Shown piece by piece: positions 9,514 to 17,608 of a stretch of 64,000 nucleotides of DNA. The stretch is from an uncultured Desulfurococcaceae archaeon. GTDB lineage: Archaea > Thermoproteota > Thermoprotei_A > Sulfolobales > NBVN01. The notes under the pieces were generated by a model, which saw only the letters and a list, made by a program, of their open reading frames with translations, was not told where the DNA came from and did no database searches. Numbering within the stretch: position 1 is the stretch's first letter; every line of letters starts with the position of its first letter. A program made the translations under genes and the position numbers. The stretch is from NCBI GenBank assembly GCA_964655125.1, contig CAZZLT010000012.1, positions 8,076 to 72,075 on the forward strand, written 5' to 3'.

Positions 9514-9859
9514 CTAATTCCTTTCTTCTGATACTATAATCTTCCTCATTACTCTTAGATGGAGAGAGTTTGAGGGCTTAATACAGTATTTTCTAATGAA
9601 TTCTAGGGCTAACTCGTACTCCTCCTTTCCTAGAGGTAATATGCTTACATAGGGTCTCACTATATTCTCCATAAAGTCTATAGTTATTAAGTATGGTATA
9701 CCGTATTTCCTCTAAGATATGTCAGTAACTCATCAAGTACTAAAACATCTGTGTAAGACCTATAACTCGTTATATAGATTCTCGTAAATCACCCTATTAC
9801 CGGGGTTTGATACAGTATTTAAGTAGATTAGGAGGTTAGCATCTATGAACGCCCTTCAA
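9514..9859 (-). pseudogene. Decayed PIN-domain toxin gene (vapC) downstream of the AbrB-type antitoxin
   Basis: My minus-strand translation gives RAFIDANLLIYLNTVSNPGNRVIYENLYNEL*, then several stops or frameshifts. It continues RKYGIPYLITIDFMENIVRPYVSILPLGKEEYELALEFIRKYCIKPSNSLHLRVMRKIIVSEERN*. PIN-like N-terminal (FIDANLLIY) and C-terminal segments survive, but there is no intact ORF or start. Confidence 0.55.
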
Positions 9860-10122
9860 TTAAATTCCTCCTCAAGGTAAACCTCACTTAACTCATCGGG
9901 CTTGGGTTTCTTCCTACCTTCAACACCCTTCAGCACATTTACATGATTAGTTAACTCCCTCCTCAACTCATTCAAATCAACCTTCCTCCTAGCAGGCTTT
10001 AGCACAATACCATCTCTAACCTCAACAACTAACTCATCACCTTCCTCAATACCTAGAAGATCTCGTAAACTCTTTGGAAGAATTAAATACCGTTTCCTCC
10101 TAACCCTAAGCTTCATAGTCAA
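9856..10122 (-). CDS. AbrB/SpoVT-family antitoxin (VapB-like)
   Basis: 88 aa. YLILPKSLRDLLGIEEGDELVVEVRDGIVLKP is a typical SpoVT/AbrB swapped-hairpin motif. TATA-like TTTATAAG lies about 40 nt upstream. Confidence 0.7.
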   Translation of the reverse strand: MTMKLRVRRKRYLILPKSLRDLLGIEEGDELVVEVRDGIVLKPARRKVDLNELRRELTNHVNVLKGVEGRKKPKPDELSEVYLEEEFN

Positions 10123-10448
10123 ACCAAGCTCATCTATAGTTAAGCTTAGTTAAACCATCTTATAAATTTTTAATTAACCTCAATAACTAAGTTAGGAATT
10201 CAGACCTCATATAACCTCAGTGATTATAGACTAGATATTATCATTGTTGGGAGACTACTTTAAACTAACTATATACGGGATGCTGAATAATGACTGTAGT
10301 TACCTTCATTGAGGATGAGTTGTTTCCTACTGAGAGGACTTCATCTCTAAACCCCCTCACAAAGATGTAGTAGATGTTTTGATATTTGATATATGATTTC
10401 ATTTTAGTCATAGTTTTCAATCATGTTTAAAATAAAATATTTACTTTA

Positions 10449-11237
10449 TTAAATCTTTATACCGAATGAGTCTAGTATGAATTTTAGTGAGATGTAGAGG
10501 AAGACTACCCCGAACAACAGTTTTATCAACCATATAGGTGCTTTTAGAACTAGTCTAGCACCTATTTGAGCACCTATAGCTGTCCCAATACCAAGTGTTA
10601 TAGCTGCTAAAGCATCTACTAGTCCTTGATATATTTTAAATCCTGCTGAGACTGAAGCCATACTTATGAATGATGCTAATGATGTCCCGACAGCTATTTT
10701 CGTTGGTGCGTGGAGTAAGTATATGAATGTCGGTACGAGTGCGTACCCACCACCAAGTCCGAGAATACCTGTTAGTATACCTATTACGAGACCTACGATA
10801 CACTTCACCCATACTGAACCAGGGATCTTATTACCTGGTTTCTCTACCCTCCTCCTCCGAATACCCTCATAAATCATCCTGATAGCGACGTAGAGGAATG
10901 ACCCACCAACTATAAATTCTAGAATAACTCTCTGACCTACTAAGTAAGAGAATAGTATTGAACCGATAACAGCTCCTAAAGCTCCAGAAATAGCTACGAC
11001 CTTAACTGTCCCGAAATCAACGTTTTTAATCCTTATATGGCCGATAGCTCCTGAAGTAGCTGTTATCACTACAGCAGTTACAGTAGTTGCTATAGCTAAC
11101 GGTAATTCATAACCGTATATAAACCTTAACGTAGGTAACATAATCACACACCCACCAGTCCCTAGAAACCCTCCTAAGATACCTGCCATCAAACCAAACA
11201 CTACCATAGATATGTATGTGAGAGCATCCATGACCAC
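10449..11237 (-). CDS. TauE/SafE-family (DUF81) anion exporter
   Basis: 262 aa with about 8 TM segments. Internally duplicated Gly-rich motifs (GGFLGTGGCVIMLP and GILGLGGGYALVP). Confidence 0.75.
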   Translation of the reverse strand: MVMDALTYISMVVFGLMAGILGGFLGTGGCVIMLPTLRFIYGYELPLAIATTVTAVVITATSGAIGHIRIKNVDFGTVKVVAISGALGAVIGSILFSYLVGQRVILEFIVGGSFLYVAIRMIYEGIRRRRVEKPGNKIPGSVWVKCIVGLVIGILTGILGLGGGYALVPTFIYLLHAPTKIAVGTSLASFISMASVSAGFKIYQGLVDALAAITLGIGTAIGAQIGARLVLKAPIWLIKLLFGVVFLYISLKFILDSFGIKI

Positions 11238-11338
11238 ACCTACTACGGTATAGGGTAAACTGTAAAATACTTTAATGGAGGTATTATTTTACGTAAGTCT
11301 TGAACATATGATTAAATGTTAAGTATGTTGTAAACTGT

Positions 11339-12643
11339 TTAATAGTGTTGGGTAGTCTCACTTAAACATTTACTTAATTCCTCATAAGTAATTACCTTCG
11401 GATCTCTACCTCTAACCCAAACATATACTACCTGCTTCGTTAAGTACTCATTCTTTAGGAATCTAATTACTACATCAGCTAATGATGTATTAGCTCTGTA
11501 GTGGTCTTCATCAACGTACGAACCTACCCTAAACGTTAGTATGTTTAACTTCCTCAGGTAGAGTATTTGATTATGTATGTATTTGAAGGCAGTAGTTCCT
11601 CTATAGTAGCGATGTAGTAGGTCTATACCGAAGAATATAACTATGTCTGGTCTTACCTTAGATATTAACTCAAGCTCGGTGTTGTAGATCTCCTCAATAC
11701 TATATACTGCTGGGTTAAATCCCTTAAGTATTAAGTTATCCTTGAACAACTCTTTAAAATCTACACTGACATTTCTCTCCTTCAAGTAGGTCTCAGCAAC
11801 CTTCAATATATCGTATGGTGAGAACTTATAACTAATTAGTAATGTCTTAGAATTACTCAGTAATGCTAAGGTAATTACATAGGTTATTATATCGTAGGAC
11901 CTAGCATCAGCATCGTAAGTCACGTAAATATGCCAACCACCGTAGAGGTAATCACCTATTAAGTCCTTAAATAAACTACATACGTTACGGAATACCTTAC
12001 CGTAGTTAGGAGTCGGTACTTCCTCAAGTCTTGGAGGTACCCACACACTAATACCTGAACCACTAACTATTGAGAAGGGTATCTTAGCTAGTAGTACTTG
12101 AGAACCTCTAACCTTATCAATAACTAATTCCCTCACGATTAAGTTATTAACTACTTCAGACTTAAGACCTATAACTACATCAGCTACGTAAGCTAAGGAA
12201 CTTAATTCCTTAATATCTGTAGACTCAGCTATCAAAACTACTAAGCCGTTAATAACTTTAGGTAATTCATAGATGAAGTTATGTAGTATTACTCTGGTGT
12301 TAACGTCATTACCTAAGATATTAAGTAATGGTGTTATACTATCTATCACAACTATATCAGGTTTAAAAACTACGATATCCTTAAATACACTATCTATAAA
12401 GTCCTTCAAACCCTCCTTAGTAACTAAAGGTAGTTTAACGTATTTAAAGACCCTCCCATCAAGTTTACTTAAGTCTATGTTGAAGCCCTTCATAAACTCA
12501 TACAGTTTCTCTCTATCCTCATAAAATGAAATATAGTAACACTTCATACCATCTAAAGCATTACTATAACATATGGTACTAGCTAGTAAAGTCTTACCAA
12601 CACCTGGCTTACCATATATAAGGACTAGAGAACCCCTCCTCAA
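11339..12643 (-). CDS. KaiC/RadA-superfamily ATPase (two RecA-like halves, only the first with Walker A)
   Basis: Walker A GKPGVGKT and Walker B-like DIVVIDSITPL. The conserved pre-Walker segment FRFGVGGLEELFRGLL is encoded in frame upstream of the first canonical start (see finding at 12644-12739). Confidence 0.65.
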   Translation of the reverse strand: MRRGSLVLIYGKPGVGKTLLASTICYSNALDGMKCYYISFYEDREKLYEFMKGFNIDLSKLDGRVFKYVKLPLVTKEGLKDFIDSVFKDIVVFKPDIVVIDSITPLLNILGNDVNTRVILHNFIYELPKVINGLVVLIAESTDIKELSSLAYVADVVIGLKSEVVNNLIVRELVIDKVRGSQVLLAKIPFSIVSGSGISVWVPPRLEEVPTPNYGKVFRNVCSLFKDLIGDYLYGGWHIYVTYDADARSYDIITYVITLALLSNSKTLLISYKFSPYDILKVAETYLKERNVSVDFKELFKDNLILKGFNPAVYSIEEIYNTELELISKVRPDIVIFFGIDLLHRYYRGTTAFKYIHNQILYLRKLNILTFRVGSYVDEDHYRANTSLADVVIRFLKNEYLTKQVVYVWVRGRDPKVITYEELSKCLSETTQHY

Positions 12644-12790
12644 TAAACCCCTAAATAATTCCTCAAGACCTCCAACACCAAATCTAAATGTATTAATTAC
12701 GAAACACCGTATTAGAGAACTTAGGAAAACTAATAAATCTTATTGTGAAGACCTAATTAAATCTAAGACGTTACCCACTAATAAGAATAA

Positions 12791-12796
12791 TTATAA
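12791..12796 (+). promoter_or_regulatory. TATA-like box (AATAATTATAAGC core TTATAA) for the 12822 gene
   Basis: Centred about 29 nt upstream of GTG at 12822, consistent with a leaderless archaeal transcript. Confidence 0.35.
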
Positions 12797-12821
12797 GCTT
12801 CAGTACACTCCCATTATAGGT

Positions 12822-13589
12822 GTGGTAGTGAGTAACTCTGAGGTAGTTAAGAAGATATTTATTGAGTTGCTTGAGAAGGATGTTGAGTTTAGGTATGCTG
12901 TTGTTGGTTATTTAGGTATTTCAGAGGTTTTAAGAAGTATTGAGAAGTTATGGGAGAATCAAAACAGACTTTGGGAAGAGGTTAAGGCTTTAAGAGAAGG
13001 TCAGAGTAAGTTATGGGAGGAAGTTAGAGGTTTAAGAGAGGAGACTAGGAAGTTATGGGAGAATCAGAATAAGTTATGGGAAGAAGTTAGGAGGTTATGG
13101 GAGGAGGTTAGAGGTTTAAGAGAGGATTTTAGGAGTCTTGAAAGACGTGTTAGGAGGTTAGAGAGTGGGATGAGTTCTCTTGCTAGGGCTGTTGGTACAA
13201 CGTTAGATCATTACACAGCAACATTTATTGAGGAGTTATTGAGGAGTTTAGGTGTTCCTGAAGAGAAGATTGATGTTAGGGCTAACATAGTTTTAAGGAA
13301 TCCTGAAGGTGTTGAGAGGGAGGTGGATATACTTAATAGGGATCCGTTAGTTGTTGGTGAGGTTACTACATATATAGATAGTATTGAGAGGGTTGAGGAG
13401 GAGTTAAGTAAGGTATTAGATGATGTGAAGTTTGTTGAGTCTATGTTTGGTAGTAAGGTCTACATGGCTGTACTAGCGGTGGAGAATGTCTCTAAGGAGG
13501 TAGTTAAGTATTTAGAGGAGAGGTGTAGGAGGTATAATATTAAGTTAATATATGGTAGGGAGATCTCTAGGTTAGATAGGTTGGATTAG
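12822..13589 (+). CDS. Coiled-coil repeat protein with C-terminal PD-(D/E)xK-like domain (DUF3782-like architecture)
   Basis: The track ORF starts at 12573, but its first about 83 codons overlap the KaiC-like gene antisense. A GTG at 12822 (or 12828) follows a TATA box. The protein has LWE(E/N)V/LRE heptad-like repeats, then EVDILNRDPLVVGEVTTYI (D...E-x-T/K nuclease-like motif). Confidence 0.45.
   Translation: MVVSNSEVVKKIFIELLEKDVEFRYAVVGYLGISEVLRSIEKLWENQNRLWEEVKALREGQSKLWEEVRGLREETRKLWENQNKLWEEVRRLWEEVRGLREDFRSLERRVRRLESGMSSLARAVGTTLDHYTATFIEELLRSLGVPEEKIDVRANIVLRNPEGVEREVDILNRDPLVVGEVTTYIDSIERVEEELSKVLDDVKFVESMFGSKVYMAVLAVENVSKEVVKYLEERCRRYNIKLIYGREISRLDRLD
12948..13127 (+). repeat. In-frame degenerate tandem repeats encoding KLWEEV(R/K)xLRE units
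   Basis: TTATGGGA(G/A)(G/A)A(G/A)GTTA(G/A)(A/G)GGTTTAAGAGA-type units recur about 6 times. They are entirely inside the CDS. Confidence 0.8.
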
Positions 13590-13599
13590 GTATTCATTC

Positions 13600-14115
13600 T
13601 TGAGTAAGTCTGTAGATACTGTCTACACTATCGGTTACTCTAACTACTCAGTATATGAGTTCCTCAACACTATTAAGAGATTTAATATTGATGTAGTTGT
13701 TGATGTTAGGAGATTCCCTAGGAGTAAATTACGTGGTTTCTCGAAGGATGAGTTAGAGGTTGTGTTAGGTGGTGTAGGTATTAGTTATAAGTGGTTTGGT
13801 GTTTTAGGTTCTTTAGGACTTAAATTTAGTGGTAGTGTTAACTGTAGTACTTCCCCAACATTTAACTCATACGTTAATTACCTACTTAGTAGTGAGGAGG
13901 TATACAACACCCTGAAATACTTAAGTGAGTTAGCTAGTAAGTATTACGTCTTAATAATGTGTAGGGAGTTAAACCCTAAGTACTGTCATAGGCAGTTTAT
14001 AGCTGATGTGTTAAGTATTGTAGGTTTTAAAGTACTACATATTATTAAAGGTGATGTCGTATCTCATGAGAGAAGTAGTTGTTATAATGTCTTAAAACTT
14101 AAGTATAGTAGGTGA
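13600..14115 (+). CDS. DUF488-family protein
   Basis: VYTIGYSNYSVYEFLNTIKRFNIDVVVDVRRFPRSK matches the DUF488 N-terminal signature (TIGhs...DVR..P.S). It starts 10 nt after the preceding gene. Confidence 0.65.
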   Translation: MSKSVDTVYTIGYSNYSVYEFLNTIKRFNIDVVVDVRRFPRSKLRGFSKDELEVVLGGVGISYKWFGVLGSLGLKFSGSVNCSTSPTFNSYVNYLLSSEEVYNTLKYLSELASKYYVLIMCRELNPKYCHRQFIADVLSIVGFKVLHIIKGDVVSHERSSCYNVLKLKYSR

Positions 14116-14188
14116 TGTTAGGTTTCTAGTATTACCGAATGTGTTAAACTTTATATTACGTAGTTTTAACCTGTATTAGGTATGTTAG

Positions 14189-14491
14189 TTGAGTAGTGTT
14201 ATTAAGGAGTTAGAGGCTGAGGCATCTAAAATCATTAAGGAAGCTGAAGTTGAAGCTGAGAGGATTATTAAGGAGGCTAGGAAGAGGGCTGAGGAGATAT
14301 TAAGTGATAAGTCTTACTTAGTGGAGTTAAGTGAGGAGAGGAGGAGGATTGAGGAGAGTGTTGAGTTAGAGGTTAGGAGGATTTTAGAGGATGCTGAGAG
14401 AACTGCTAGTAAGTTACGTGAGAGTGTTAGTAGGAGGATTGATGAGTTTGTTAGGAATATATTTTCTAAGGTTGTCGGGTTTGAGGGTTAG
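14189..14491 (+). CDS. atpH: A-type ATP synthase subunit H
   Basis: 100-aa highly charged coiled coil (EAEASKIIKEAEVEAERIIKEARKRAEE). It is the first gene of the H-I-K-E-C-F-A-B-D series. Confidence 0.55.
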   Translation: MSSVIKELEAEASKIIKEAEVEAERIIKEARKRAEEILSDKSYLVELSEERRRIEESVELEVRRILEDAERTASKLRESVSRRIDEFVRNIFSKVVGFEG

Positions 14492-14494
14492 TAA

Positions 14495-16489
14495 TTGCCT
14501 CAACTCTCTAAACTACTACTTAATAGACCTGATATAGGTTTGAAGACGTATGTAGTAGTTCCTAAGGATAGGGTTGAGGAGTTAGTTGAGAGTCTCGTTA
14601 AGAGAGGTCTTTTCGAACCACTACCACCTACTGAAGCTAGTGAGGCTTTAGCAGTAATTAAGAAGAGGTTGGAGTTGTCTGAGAGAGGGTTAATGCTGTA
14701 TAAGGAGTTTAACTCATTAATTAAGAGAGGTGTTGATGTTGAGGTTAGAGGACTGCCTTGGGATACTGACGAAGCTTTAGAGAAGTTAGTTAAGGAGTTT
14801 GAGTCTGTGTATGAGGTAGTTAAGTCGTTAGTTGATGAGGTTAGGAGGTATGAAGGGGAGTTAGAGAGACTTCAGATACTTAAGTTAGTAATTAATGACT
14901 TACTAAGTAAGTTTAGAGTTTTTGATAGGTCTTTAATAGATTACGTAGGTGATTACCTAGTCTTCAAGACTTTATACGGTGGTGGTAGGGATTTTGAAGA
15001 TGTTTTGAGTAAGGCTTTGAAGGTAGTTTTGATGATTACAGTTGGTGAGGGGAGGGTAGTAGCTGTAGTAGTTTTTGAGAGGAGTGTTTATGATGTCTTA
15101 AGGAATTACTTAAGTAGGTTTGAAGTTGTAATACCTAAGTCTTTAGAGGTGGTAGTACCTGGTGAGGAGTTAGTAAGGATTGATGAAGAGATTAAGAATG
15201 TTAGGGGATGTATTGAGGAGTTAGAGAAGAGGATTTCTGAAGTCCTTGAGAGTAAGTTATATGAGTTAGCACTTCTTAAGGTGCTTTCTGAGACTATTCA
15301 GGGGGAGGTTGAGTTATTAAGGTATGCATTTAATTCTAAGTATATGACCTTAGTTGTTGGTTGGTCTTTAAGGTCTAGAAGTACTGAGTTAAGGGAGTAT
15401 GTATCAAGTTTTAACGGTTATGTAGTGTATGAGAATGACCCTAACCCACCAGTAGAGTTTAATAATTATAGGGTGTTCAGACCGTTTGAATTATTTACTG
15501 AGATTATAGGTTATCCAGCACATTATGAGTGGGATCCAACACCATTACTAACGTACTTCTACTTAATCTTCTTCTCGTTAATGTTCCCAGATGTTGGGTA
15601 TAGTATAGGGCTTATTATAGGGGCTAGACTAGTACTCCCATACTTCGTAGAGAGTAGGGAGACTTTAAAGAAGTTAGTTAATATTGCTACCTACGCAGGC
15701 GTGGTAGGTATTATAACTGGGTTACTATCACGTAACTTCTTCGGTTCTCTAGTAGGTACTTACCTAAGCTATATAATACCGCAAGTACTACCTAGCTTAC
15801 CAGCACGTCTAGCAGATCCTGAGGCGCTTGGTTCAACAATAATTACTTATATAGGTATGGCTATGATCATCGGTTACTACTCAGTACTTATAGCACATGG
15901 GTTAGGTTTAATTAAGAATATAGTCATTAGTAAGAGTACAGTCGGTGTTGTATTAGAATTACTTATAATATTGATTGCTGTCCTCGGACCAGCTGCTGTT
16001 GAGTCAGTCTTTGGATTACGTACTGATATCTTCGGACTGTTAAAGTTTATAGACCCTAAAATCCTACTCTACATAACACTTTCTACAGTTATTGGTTACG
16101 CAGTTATTAAGACTATTACTGATAGACCATTTGGTGCATTGTTATGGATCTTTGACGTGTTAGGGATATTAGCTGATATACTCTCATATGTGAGGATTGC
16201 AGGTATAGCACTCGGTAGTGCTATCTTAGCAGAATTAATAAATAACTTAATATTCAGTACTACATCAACGTTAAGTTCTGTAAGTATAGTGTTTGGTGTA
16301 GTTGTTGGTGTCTTAATATCATCACTACTTCATCTAGTGAATTTAGGGCTATCATCCTTAAGCCCATTCGTACATTCGTTAAGGTTGATAATGTATGAAG
16401 TATCATCTAAGTTTTACGAGGGTTGTGGGAGGAGGATAACACCTATCTCAACAGTACTGACTAAGGTTAGGTTAGGACCTACTACATAA
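14495..16489 (+). CDS. atpI: A-type ATP synthase subunit I (stator a-subunit)
   Basis: 664 aa. Soluble coiled N-terminal half plus about 7 TM segments. Contains the conserved LSYVRIAGIALGS arginine helix. Confidence 0.85.
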   Translation: MPQLSKLLLNRPDIGLKTYVVVPKDRVEELVESLVKRGLFEPLPPTEASEALAVIKKRLELSERGLMLYKEFNSLIKRGVDVEVRGLPWDTDEALEKLVKEFESVYEVVKSLVDEVRRYEGELERLQILKLVINDLLSKFRVFDRSLIDYVGDYLVFKTLYGGGRDFEDVLSKALKVVLMITVGEGRVVAVVVFERSVYDVLRNYLSRFEVVIPKSLEVVVPGEELVRIDEEIKNVRGCIEELEKRISEVLESKLYELALLKVLSETIQGEVELLRYAFNSKYMTLVVGWSLRSRSTELREYVSSFNGYVVYENDPNPPVEFNNYRVFRPFELFTEIIGYPAHYEWDPTPLLTYFYLIFFSLMFPDVGYSIGLIIGARLVLPYFVESRETLKKLVNIATYAGVVGIITGLLSRNFFGSLVGTYLSYIIPQVLPSLPARLADPEALGSTIITYIGMAMIIGYYSVLIAHGLGLIKNIVISKSTVGVVLELLIILIAVLGPAAVESVFGLRTDIFGLLKFIDPKILLYITLSTVIGYAVIKTITDRPFGALLWIFDVLGILADILSYVRIAGIALGSAILAELINNLIFSTTSTLSSVSIVFGVVVGVLISSLLHLVNLGLSSLSPFVHSLRLIMYEVSSKFYEGCGRRITPISTVLTKVRLGPTT

Positions 16490-16504
16490 ACTATTTAATC
16501 CTAA

Positions 16505-16526
16505 CCTCAACATACTTATCTTGAGG
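16505..16526 (+). promoter_or_regulatory. Hairpin CCTCAA-N10-TTGAGG overlapping the GAGGT Shine-Dalgarno-like element of atpK
   Basis: 6-bp stem read directly from the sequence. GAGGT lies 8 nt upstream of the ATG at 16534. Confidence 0.2.
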
Positions 16527-16533
16527 TAGTTAT

Positions 16534-17025
16534 ATGAGTGAGGTATCCACGTTAATCGGGACTTTAGGTCCTGGATTAGCTGAGGGTTTAGCAACTATAG
16601 GTACTACATTAGGTATTTCAGCAGCTACGGCCTCAGGTATCCCAACAATTGCTGAGAATCCTGGGTTGAGGGGTAAGGTTTACGTATTATCATTCCTATC
16701 AATGACTCAGACATTAGTTTACGGGCTTACATATATGTTGATTTCTTACTTTATGGTAATTCCAGGACTGCTGAGTAAGTATGGTGGTGTACTACCTCCA
16801 CATATAGCTGGTGCGATCTTAGGTGTAAGTATCTTTGTAGGTCTTGCAGAGTTATTCTCAGCGTGGAGGCAGGGAATAGTTTGTGGTCAGGCAGCTTCTC
16901 AGTTAGTTAAGACTCGTGGAGGTATCTTCGGTACGGGTATTGTGTTAGCTGCATATGAGGAACTCTTCGGAATTATTGGTATGGTATTCGGTATAGTCAT
17001 GTTATTCATAGTTTCTGCGTGGTAG
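16534..17025 (+). CDS. atpK: A-type ATP synthase proteolipid subunit K/c, duplicated (4 TM helices)
   Basis: 163 aa with two hairpins. Hairpin 1 reads MTQTLVYGL (Gln at the carboxylate position). Hairpin 2 reads AAYEELFGIIG (Glu retained). Confidence 0.8.
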   Translation: MSEVSTLIGTLGPGLAEGLATIGTTLGISAATASGIPTIAENPGLRGKVYVLSFLSMTQTLVYGLTYMLISYFMVIPGLLSKYGGVLPPHIAGAILGVSIFVGLAELFSAWRQGIVCGQAASQLVKTRGGIFGTGIVLAAYEELFGIIGMVFGIVMLFIVSAW

Positions 17026-17032
17026 GAGAGTA

Positions 17033-17608
17033 ATGAGTCTTGAAGAGTTGAAGAAAGCTGTATTCGAGAAGGCTAGAACTGAAGCTGAGTTAATTATTAA
17101 GGAAGCTAGGGAGAAGGCTGAGAAGATTATTAGGGAGGCTGAGGAGAGGAAGAAGGAGTTAATTAATGAGGAGAGGAGGAGGGTTATTAACGAGACTGAG
17201 TTTGAGGTTAAGCTTGCTGAGGCTAGGAGGGAGGCTAGGTTAATGATTGCTAGAGCTAAGTATGAAGTTGTTGAGGAGCTTAGGAGGAGGGTTTGGGAAC
17301 TTATTAAGAGTATGAGTGAGGAGGAGCAGTTAAGGTCTCTGGAAATACTTTTGAAGGATTCCTTAGAAGTTCTTAAGTCTATGGGTGTAGTAGCTAATGA
17401 GTTAGTAGTACATGTAGCTCCTAACGATAAGAAGTTGATGGAGTTACTCTTAAGTAAGTTAGGTATTAAAGGTACTGTAGTTGAGGATCAGAGGATTAGT
17501 GGTGGGGTTGTAGTAGTTAGTGGTGAGCTCACTGTAGATAACTCCTACGATACTAGACTTGATAGATGCTTACGTGAATTACTACCTCAACTCTTTGAGG
17601 TTGGATGA
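17033..17608 (+). CDS. atpE: A-type ATP synthase subunit E
   Basis: 191 aa. Long N-terminal charged helix plus a globular C-terminus ending GGVVVVSGELTVDNSYDTRL. Confidence 0.7.
   Translation: MSLEELKKAVFEKARTEAELIIKEAREKAEKIIREAEERKKELINEERRRVINETEFEVKLAEARREARLMIARAKYEVVEELRRRVWELIKSMSEEEQLRSLEILLKDSLEVLKSMGVVANELVVHVAPNDKKLMELLLSKLGIKGTVVEDQRISGGVVVVSGELTVDNSYDTRLDRCLRELLPQLFEVG

Noticed and set aside
9184-10448. att-type direct repeat of the tRNA-Gly 3' end, or an integrase, that would define an integrated element.
   Set aside because: Reading the interval, I found no copy of the GGGTTCAAATCCCGGCCGCC segment or an obvious fragment of it, and no integrase-like ORF. Only a 'decayed accessory stretch' is claimed.
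12573-12821. N-terminal 83 codons of the track ORF 12573-13589.
   Set aside because: This part overlaps the KaiC-like gene on the opposite strand and translates to low-complexity sequence (PTPGLPYIRTREPLLNKPLNNSSRPPTPN). A TATA box at 12791 with GTG at 12822/12828 gives a much more plausible start.
12948-13127. Tandem DNA repeats that could have been a CRISPR-like or satellite array.
   Set aside because: The units are contiguous with no spacers, degenerate, in frame, and encode a coiled coil inside a CDS.
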